A DNA stretch of 47,315 bases from a virus. Lineage: Duplodnaviria; Caudoviricetes. The stretch covers positions 1-47,315 of IMG/VR virus record IMGVR_UViG_3300009527_000008. One strand, 5' to 3'. The translations under genes were made by a program, and so were the position numbers. The notes under the pieces were generated by a model, which saw only the letters and a program-made list of their open reading frames with translations, ran no database searches and was not told the origin of the DNA. Below, in pieces: positions 40,779 through 47,315 of the stretch (position 1 is the stretch's first letter; the number at the start of each line of letters is the position of its first letter).

Positions 40779-41024
40779 TCAATACCTTCTTGAAGATTAT
40801 TCAAACCAACTAAATACCATAGAAATGTTTCTCCCTCTTCAACCCATGAAGAATAATTTTATACTATCGTATTTCCTCTTTTCCCATACATCGCAACCTT
40901 CAAATTCTCCGACTAAAGTGAATCCGCTTTTTTGTAAATTTACTTTTTGGATTTCTAATTTAATGTTCAATTTCTGGGGCATCTCTTGAAGAAGATTGTA
41001 AAAATGATAGGAAAAAGACTGCAT
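40779..41024 (-). pseudogene. 5' half of the interrupted GNAT-like gene (with a 1-nt frameshift near 40843-40845)
   Basis: MQSFSYHFYNLLQE|MPQ leader, TAAATA at 41032-41037; removing one G gives ...KLFFMVEEGETFLWYLVGLNNLQEGI, ending in the direct repeat. Confidence 0.68.
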
Positions 41025-41052
41025 CCAATTATATTTACATAATAAATAAAAG

Positions 41053-42765
41053 ATGCAGCAATTTTCCAAATTTTTTTATGAAACTCTCTTAGAAAAGAGA
41101 AGGTCTGAAAAATTAACAGTAATGGAACAACTTGATAAATATCGGGATGACCCTAATGTTTTTATCACATTTACTAGTGACTTTGATGGACATGCTAAGT
41201 TCGGAATAAATCCCGGTTCAACATACGGCACCCCAATAGGCATATACAGTTATCCGTTAAAGGTATATTATGATACTATAGCATCATACTTTAATATTCC
41301 GTATCAAAGAGAAAAGCCTAATATTTTTGTATTCAAACCAAAAAATCCACAAAAAATTTTATTTGATAGCAAGTTTACTATTGAAAATTTGCGCAAATAT
41401 TTTCCACAGGCAAAAACTTCTATTAAATTAGAAGAATTATTAAAAAATCCTAAAAATTATCTAGAAGAAATATCTAGTTTTATGACTACGCTAATAGATT
41501 ATCATTATCGTAAAGAATACAGAGATATTGCTCCGGTGCGTAATATGTGTTACGAAATAGGAGACAATTTTTATATGTATGTTGCTAGCTTTGATCAACA
41601 TAATAAAAATACATTCTTCAAATTTCCCAAAGATATAAAGAAATTAGAAGAACTTATAAGAGATGCTTCTATAGCAGAAGACGACTATATGAGTCTTGCA
41701 AATAAAGATGATATTCTAGTAACCAAATTAAATGTTAGAGATGACATTTATAGTATAGTAATAAATCATCTCTCGTATGTAAGAAATAAGCCTCTCGCAG
41801 TTTATATACTAGATTACCTATCAAACTCAACACTAGCAAAAGATCATCTAATAACAGAACAAGAGTATTATATGGCAATTTTCAGTGATAAATTAGCTAA
41901 TGACAAAGAAAAGTCTGAAAAATTGCAAGTTGCTTATAAAACCCATTTAAACGATATGGGATATGATTATCGCAAGACTCCACTTCAAGCTCTATTAACA
42001 GAAACAAGAAATTTAGCCAATGCAAATCCGAGAAAATGGACACTGGAATTACTTAAATTAGGTATAGAAGGAGTTGTAGATGATACCGGAACTGGAATTA
42101 TTCATACTTCTGAGCCATATCAAGGAGCGTTTTTTCGCACCACAGATTTACAAGTTCTCGATCTTATTAAACATGTTGATGGTAAAAACTGGAAGAAAGA
42201 TGAGTCTAAGCTAACAGAATTTAGAAAGGCTCTAGACCAACTGGTCATGTCATTAACAACAGAACAACATATTATAAATAAGGAAGACGTTGCTGATAAA
42301 TTGACTGACAATTTTAAACTCAAGAAATTTATATATCGAGTAATATACTATACTATCCGAGAGCATTTGATTAAACCTATCAATTCTGGGTTATCTAAAA
42401 ATTTAATATATTCTAGGAAACTTGTAGAAAAATTGGGCAAAATTCCTCCTCCTAAATATCTGGCAGTTAAAGATTTTTTATTCAATTTACCTTCAAGTGA
42501 TCGTGAACAAGAAGAACTGGTGGGCCTTGACAAAAACCTATCCATAATAGATGGTGAAGAGAGGAGAGGTTTATTTTATATAATGAAAAACTTATCACAC
42601 ATAGAACGCAACTTGTCAATTTATTCCACTGAAAGATTCATTAAAAAATTCACAAATTTTATAACATATGTGGCCAGTGGAGTTAGTCCTGAAGAATATA
42701 CACTTTTTAACCAAAACATTAAAAGATATTTTTTAGAAAGTTTGGATTCTGATAAAGATGATTGA
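41053..42765 (+). CDS. Late protein, paralogue of 32894-34618
   Basis: FGINPGSTYGTPIGIYSYPLKVYYDTI and LGIEGVVDDTGTGIIHTSEPYQGAFF; leader MQQFSKFFYETLLE|KRR. Confidence 0.65.
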   Translation: MQQFSKFFYETLLEKRRSEKLTVMEQLDKYRDDPNVFITFTSDFDGHAKFGINPGSTYGTPIGIYSYPLKVYYDTIASYFNIPYQREKPNIFVFKPKNPQKILFDSKFTIENLRKYFPQAKTSIKLEELLKNPKNYLEEISSFMTTLIDYHYRKEYRDIAPVRNMCYEIGDNFYMYVASFDQHNKNTFFKFPKDIKKLEELIRDASIAEDDYMSLANKDDILVTKLNVRDDIYSIVINHLSYVRNKPLAVYILDYLSNSTLAKDHLITEQEYYMAIFSDKLANDKEKSEKLQVAYKTHLNDMGYDYRKTPLQALLTETRNLANANPRKWTLELLKLGIEGVVDDTGTGIIHTSEPYQGAFFRTTDLQVLDLIKHVDGKNWKKDESKLTEFRKALDQLVMSLTTEQHIINKEDVADKLTDNFKLKKFIYRVIYYTIREHLIKPINSGLSKNLIYSRKLVEKLGKIPPPKYLAVKDFLFNLPSSDREQEELVGLDKNLSIIDGEERRGLFYIMKNLSHIERNLSIYSTERFIKKFTNFITYVASGVSPEEYTLFNQNIKRYFLESLDSDKDD

Positions 42766-42772
42766 AAATATG

Positions 42773-43300
42773 CTAATTAGTTAGAATACTATTAATAAGG
42801 TCTTGCCAAGAAACTCTCTTCTTTTTCAAAAAAATCAAAACTTTACCGTTTGGCTCACAATCTTCTGGATACTGCAATTCCTCATTTTTTAATTCTGGAA
42901 ACAGTGTATCTCTTACCATATCTATCACTAGAGGTTTTACGTTTTGATTATGTTTAAGCATTTCTTCCAATGCCTTTTTACGAATAGAATAATAATTCGG
43001 TTCTCTCTGATGTAAAATTAATGTATAAAAATTTTCCCAATCTTTAGTATCGAATGTATTGAATTTGAGAGTTGGAAAAAGTTCGGCAAAAGATTGTTAT
43101 GTTCTTTTACTATCAAAAACATCATCCGCCGAAGTTTTGTATTTTTTAATAAAATCTGCAACTAATTTTTCAGACCAGCCATGTTCACGAATTTCTATGG
43201 CAAATTTATTTCTTAAATTCTGGTCTGCATCTACCAATTGCTGCAATGCTATATTATTCTCAGACAATGTAGCATAAAAATACTCAGCAAACTTTATCAT
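42773..43300 (-). pseudogene. Late gene with in-frame premature TAA at 43097-43099 (weak DUF6624-like pattern)
   Basis: Frame continues ...FDSKRT*QSFAELFPTLKFNTFDTKDWENFYTLILHQREP...ALEEMLKH into ORF 42773-42970; leader MIKFAEYFYATLSE|N. Confidence 0.72.
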
Positions 43301-43341
43301 AAATTGTTTTATTATTTATGATAAAGTTTGCTGAGTATTTT
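43277..43341. repeat. Perfect 28-bp inverted repeat with 9-nt loop covering a start codon and late promoter
   Basis: AAAATACTCAGCAAACTTTATCATAAAT (43277-43304) is the exact reverse complement of 43314-43341. Confidence 0.92.
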
Positions 43342-43440
43342 ATATCTTAAAAAATGATTACCTCAATCTATCTACATAAATGTCATAATATTTTTTCTTT
43401 TTCAAAACAAATAAATTGATGATTAGGTGTTATATATTGT

Positions 43441-43797
43441 CTATGACAAATCTCTATCGTTCTCTAACCAATCGCGTATCCAGTAAACATACTGTTCCGC
43501 ATCACCGTTATCTAGTTTAATATTGTGTTCTATTGCTCTTTCTGCAACACAGAAAAAGGAATGACAAAAATGCCGTAACCTTTTTTCTGGCAGTGGTCCA
43601 GTATAATCAAGAATACAATTCAAAATTACAATATATTTTTCAGGACGTGGATTTGTAGAATCTAGAAAAAATGTCGAGAGCTGTTGAAAAGAAAGTAAAC
43701 GATCAATACTATATTCCTCACTATTATTTTCTTGAATAGCAGTTTTGTCAAATTGTTGAAATAATAATGATTTTATAAATCTAAAATAACAGTTCAT
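43441..43797 (-). CDS. Hypothetical protein
   Basis: 118-aa ORF overlapping the upstream gene in an early-type run. Confidence 0.6.
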   Translation of the reverse strand: MNCYFRFIKSLLFQQFDKTAIQENNSEEYSIDRLLSFQQLSTFFLDSTNPRPEKYIVILNCILDYTGPLPEKRLRHFCHSFFCVAERAIEHNIKLDNGDAEQYVYWIRDWLENDRDLS

Positions 43798-44026
43798 AGT
43801 TAAGAATATTACCTACTTCTGTAAGAGACTCTTCTTTTTGGGGAACCGATAATTTCAAAAGTTCTTCAATCACTTTATAGTATGCAATAGATTTACCTAC
43901 ACAAGTGTATTGACCAATAACATCACCTTGGGTTTTATAATGTTCTTCTATTTCTTTGTTTTCCTTTTCAAATTGGTTTATTTTTTGTAGTAAGGTATCA
44001 AGAGCATTATATGTTTCATTTCTCAT
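43781..44026 (-). CDS. Hypothetical protein
   Basis: 81-aa ORF. Confidence 0.6.
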   Translation of the reverse strand: MRNETYNALDTLLQKINQFEKENKEIEEHYKTQGDVIGQYTCVGKSIAYYKVIEELLKLSVPQKEESLTEVGNILNYELLF

Positions 44027-44136
44027 AAGAGTGATACTTGATTAAAATTATATTATTGTAATTTATGTGATTTGAAATATTTTCCGCTTAGTGCTGAACT
44101 ATCTAATTTATTCTGCTTATCTGTAAAAATATCTGT

Positions 44137-44562
44137 TTAAAAAGAAATTTCTGTTGGGCGAGGATTTGGACGCGATTCGCTTAACTCATCTCTTTCTTCA
44201 ATATCATAACGTGTCCAATGATCAAGCAATGATGCAATTTTATTTTCAAAAACACGATGATCTATCAGAGCAACAAAAGAATTGCCTGAGAATTTGCACG
44301 TTTCCCAATCAAAACTATACGGGAAATTATCATTATCATTATCAAGATCATTTTGTGAGATTACTGTAATGTTTTTGTAATGTGTAGGAGTGCCGATAAT
44401 ATTAAGGATTCGCATAGCATCTTGTGTATTATATGCAATGATACATACACTCTTTCCTTGCCTTGCAAGATGATGTGCCTTTTCAATCATTCTAGAAGTT
44501 CTGCCAGTTTGTCTCTTTTTTGAAGAAAACATAATATTTTTATTGTTTTGTTTGGGTTGCAT
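44137..44562 (-). CDS. Small P-loop-like protein (RQTGRT)
   Basis: KRQTGRTSRMI..A, VCIIA, ALIDH resemble a minimal Walker A/B arrangement. Confidence 0.55.
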   Translation of the reverse strand: MQPKQNNKNIMFSSKKRQTGRTSRMIEKAHHLARQGKSVCIIAYNTQDAMRILNIIGTPTHYKNITVISQNDLDNDNDNFPYSFDWETCKFSGNSFVALIDHRVFENKIASLLDHWTRYDIEERDELSESRPNPRPTEISF

Positions 44563-44604
44563 AATTTTAGTTTATCTCTTGTATCTTCTATGTATATGTC
44601 TTTT

Positions 44605-44633
44605 ACTATACAGCATAAAATGTCTAAAGTCAA
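44605..44633 (-). promoter_or_regulatory. Sigma70-like early promoter
   Basis: TTGACT-17 nt-TATAGT on the minus strand, upstream of the 44562-43441 gene run. Confidence 0.6.
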
Positions 44634-44796
44634 GTATCAATTCTTGATTGATGCTGAAGAATTAGACAGAATCTACCAATCTATTCATCTTCACTAGTTT
44701 TTAATAATATTTGATTTCCAAAAAATATTATTTTATCAGGATCAAAATGCTCTATATATAGATAATCAAAAAGGACCAAACTTATAAATAAATTTA

Positions 44797-46788
44797 ATGA
44801 TTTCGTTCTCCTCTCATTTCAATAACCTAATACATGAACGGTATTTAAAATATAATATCCCATCGGATGAATCGGGATTTTCAAAAGAAAAAATGTTATA
44901 TGATTTTTATGTATTATCTTATCTAGATCAATTCTGTATGGATGACGTGGTGGGAGATAAAAAGGGAAATTTTGGTGAAATAATTCAGAGGCCGACATTA
45001 CGTAGAGAACTCTCCATAGATTTGAAAGACAGCTTTTCTGATGCCAAAAAAACACTGCTTCATCATCTAAAAAAAGAAATGCTAGATGCTGTTTTGTTTT
45101 CTGTGTCTGCGGAATTTCGTCATATTTATGATTATAATTCAGACTCCCAATTATTAAAATTCTTCGGAGATATGGGACAGAGTGATTTTTTTAAAAAATA
45201 TACTATACAGTATAAAGGTAGAGGAGGCAATTTAAAAAGCTATCTAGATAATCCTAATAAAGATAGATACCGCAAAAAATATAAATCAGATAATAGGGAA
45301 TATTATGACAGTTTTATATCTGTAAAAAATTCAGGAATAGATAGTATTACTTTTATAAAAATAGCAAAAGAATGCTTCTCTAATCTTTCGTGGAAAAGCA
45401 TGTATGGGGGAATGGCATGGGCACAAATATGTTCTGGATATATTCGATTATATAATTCACAAAAAGAAAATGAACTTTTTGTTGCTATAGATCATGTTTA
45501 TGATTTACAGCACAACACTGACACCGTGTTCAATAAATTGGAAAGTTATAGAAAGGATAACAAATATGACTGGATTAAAAAATCTCTAGAACATAAGAAG
45601 CATGTAGCTGAGCCTCATGAGCTACTGCCTAAATGTAGTGGGACAATAAAAAGTATTGCATTGGCAGTATTGAAAAGTGAAGGATTTGATAGTTGGGAAG
45701 GCTTTTCTAAAAAACTAGAAACTAAATCTACAAACTCTAATCAAACAGTTCCTGTCACGCATGATGCTCCGATATCGACTCCCACAGCATATGGGGGCTC
45801 TACACTATCACAGATAATTGATAACTTAAATACCTATATAGAAGTATCGCATAAAGATTCTTCTTCTCAAAAAAATACTATACGTTTTAATGAAGAAGAA
45901 TATGACAGCCTGAATATAATAAGACAAATACATGAAGAACTTCTACCTAAAATATTTTACAAAATACTAGATAAAACAGATATAAAATATAAAATAAATT
46001 CTGACGGTGCAAAAGGATTGGTAGAGTATTATGATAGCAATGCAGTATCCAAAGATTCTCCACTAGTAACAATTCGTCCATTCAAATTGGCGCATGTCAT
46101 TAGACGTATACGCAACATATTATATGATGCAACAACAAAAGATCCAACATATTCTACAGGGAAAATTTATAGTCCCTATACTTTTAAAAGAACAATATTA
46201 CAATTGATGCGCGATAAAATAGATCAGGAAATTGGTATTGGAAGCATAGTATCACATATCAAAAATATTATACTACAAAATAAAAAACAATTATCCGACA
46301 TTACTGTGCCGAAGAATAATCGTTTTTTGAAAAAGTTTCTGAATACATATTATCCTGAAGCATTCAAAAATGTAAAACTTCCTAATGAAGAAATAACTAT
46401 GCACAATTTTATTACCAGATTAAAAAAGAAGGTATTATATACGGCATTTAGCGTAATAACTGTTATAGCAGCAGAAAATCATGGGATTTTTGCTATGACT
46501 GCATTGGCATTACATAATTCATTAAGCAATTTTTATAAAAATGAGGATTATGATAAGGCAGCATCATTATTATTACGATTGAGTAAAGACGTGACTGATG
46601 TTAAAATATTAAATTTTTTAAAAGCTGCCCACAATGCTCTAAGTGATCAGAATAAAATCATGGAGTTCTTCAATGACGAATATGTCAAAGATGTATGTAA
46701 AGACAAATACATTTCTACTAATATAGGATTTTTTATACTAAAAGAAATAATTATGGACCTTAATGATGATGAAGACGGTTTGATTTAA
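44797..46788 (+). CDS. Large late protein with internal-protein-like leader and YGG..W / DH..DLQHN motifs
   Basis: TATAAATA at 44783-44790; MISFSSHFNNLIHE|R; WKSMYGGMAWAQI, IDHVYDLQHNTDTVFNK; Thr/Ser/Pro linker mid-protein. Confidence 0.7.
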   Translation: MISFSSHFNNLIHERYLKYNIPSDESGFSKEKMLYDFYVLSYLDQFCMDDVVGDKKGNFGEIIQRPTLRRELSIDLKDSFSDAKKTLLHHLKKEMLDAVLFSVSAEFRHIYDYNSDSQLLKFFGDMGQSDFFKKYTIQYKGRGGNLKSYLDNPNKDRYRKKYKSDNREYYDSFISVKNSGIDSITFIKIAKECFSNLSWKSMYGGMAWAQICSGYIRLYNSQKENELFVAIDHVYDLQHNTDTVFNKLESYRKDNKYDWIKKSLEHKKHVAEPHELLPKCSGTIKSIALAVLKSEGFDSWEGFSKKLETKSTNSNQTVPVTHDAPISTPTAYGGSTLSQIIDNLNTYIEVSHKDSSSQKNTIRFNEEEYDSLNIIRQIHEELLPKIFYKILDKTDIKYKINSDGAKGLVEYYDSNAVSKDSPLVTIRPFKLAHVIRRIRNILYDATTKDPTYSTGKIYSPYTFKRTILQLMRDKIDQEIGIGSIVSHIKNIILQNKKQLSDITVPKNNRFLKKFLNTYYPEAFKNVKLPNEEITMHNFITRLKKKVLYTAFSVITVIAAENHGIFAMTALALHNSLSNFYKNEDYDKAASLLLRLSKDVTDVKILNFLKAAHNALSDQNKIMEFFNDEYVKDVCKDKYISTNIGFFILKEIIMDLNDDEDGLI

Positions 46789-46833
46789 ACAGATTTCTAA
46801 TAACACGTATGCTTATTAAGAATGTATCTTCTT

Positions 46834-47133
46834 TTATGCATTCCAGAATCTCTTATACGGTTCATTATCTGCATATTGCTCTCTAACCAGTGCGCGAATC
46901 GCATCAATGAGAACGTCAGTAGTATCGTTGAGTTTAGCTATCCGCCTATCCCTTTCATCGAAAATATTTCGGTGTATTCTGAAGTATTCTGAATCTCCTA
47001 GTTCTTCAATTGAAAAATATCCAATAGCAGACTGTGCAGATCTATTAATATTATTTACTTCCTCTGATATTTTATCTGATAAAAATTGAAAATGTTCAAG
47101 TAAGTCTCGTTGGTATTTTTTATTTGTGCTCAT
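46834..47133 (-). CDS. Hypothetical helical protein
   Basis: 99-aa ORF convergent with the previous gene. Confidence 0.6.
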   Translation of the reverse strand: MSTNKKYQRDLLEHFQFLSDKISEEVNNINRSAQSAIGYFSIEELGDSEYFRIHRNIFDERDRRIAKLNDTTDVLIDAIRALVREQYADNEPYKRFWNA

Positions 47134-47192
47134 TTCTTTAATAAGGTTGATACTGTATGGTTAGTTTTAGAATTTTCAATATGTATGTTAGA

Positions 47193-47315
47193 GAAAAAAT
47201 AATATTAAAAAATTTTGGGAAAAAATAATATTAAAAAATTTTGGGAAAAAATAATATTAAAAAATTTTGGGAAAAAATAATATTAAAAAATTTTGGGAAA
47301 AAATAATATTAAAAA
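47193..47315 (+). repeat. Perfect 26-bp tandem repeat, 4 full copies plus a partial one, truncated by the window end
   Basis: Unit GAAAAAATAATATTAAAAAATTTTGG starts at 47193, 47219, 47245, 47271 and 47297. Confidence 0.95.

Larger units (their letters stand above)
37750..40786 (-). mobile_element. Transposase-free tnpB cargo cassette inserted in a GNAT-like gene
   Basis: Flanking direct repeats, in-frame rejoining of the two gene halves, IS607-like right end, no tnpA. Confidence 0.65.

Noticed and set aside
37750-40786. IStron (group I intron plus IS607)
   Set aside because: No room for a ribozyme core: a promoter and ORF begin right at the upstream junction, and the 5' gene half has its own frameshift.
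40839-41069. 76-aa ORF starting MENCC
   Set aside because: It overlaps the divergent gene's start; the supported start is ATG 41024 and it is the 5' half of the split gene.
43097-43099. Stop-codon recoding
   Set aside because: TAA, TAG and TGA all end conserved genes at expected positions, and long ORFs are intact in the standard code.
44053-44139. In-frame continuation of ~27 codons after the stop of the P-loop-like gene
   Set aside because: Short enough to arise by chance; no motif support.
44655-44693. Imperfect hairpin TGAAGA...TCTTCA as a small RNA
   Set aside because: Several mismatches and no recognisable RNA family features.
3747-47089. Short antisense or nested ORFs in the track (e.g. 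3747-4034, 9007-9207, 14927-15310, 25855-26106, 37861-38067, 46907-47089)
   Set aside because: They lie opposite or within well-supported genes and lack promoters or motifs; shadow ORFs.
47193-47315. CRISPR array
   Set aside because: Units are contiguous with no spacers, and there are no cas genes.
1-47315. tRNA or rRNA genes
   Set aside because: Intergenic gaps are tiny and AT-rich; no cloverleaf or T-loop motif seen by eye.

Overview
A 47-kb, very AT-rich segment of a large T4-superfamily (myovirus, probably jumbo) phage genome using the standard genetic code. The left half (1-22.8 kb) is virion morphogenesis: gp15-like tail terminator, gp14 and gp13 neck proteins, gp20 portal, baseplate wedge proteins including gp6 and gp25, and fibre-like proteins. 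Nearly every gene there has its own T4-type late promoter (TAAATA/TAAGTA) 5-14 nt before the start codon and no Shine-Dalgarno. The right half is accessory: a MoxR-type AAA+/VWA pair, three orphan DNA methyltransferases, and about a dozen unrelated late genes (amidoligase, zincins, ADP-ribosyltransferase-like, GNAT-like, unknowns). These share a 10-15 aa N-terminal 'M-x-F...[LIV]-x-E' leader resembling the T4 internal-protein capsid-targeting sequence, suggesting a virion-packaged, injected effector set; several members are decaying. The most striking structure is a 3,037-bp transposase-free cassette (37750-40786). It holds a late promoter, an ART-like gene, five small genes, an intact tnpB and its omega-RNA, is bounded by 8-bp direct repeats, and splits a GNAT-like gene in frame. 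Its predicted guide matches the empty allele, making it a candidate RNA-guided, cargo-carrying homing element. Also present: a perfect 28-bp antisense hairpin over a late gene start and a perfect 26-bp tandem array at the window end. All family calls are from motif recognition only; no searches were run.
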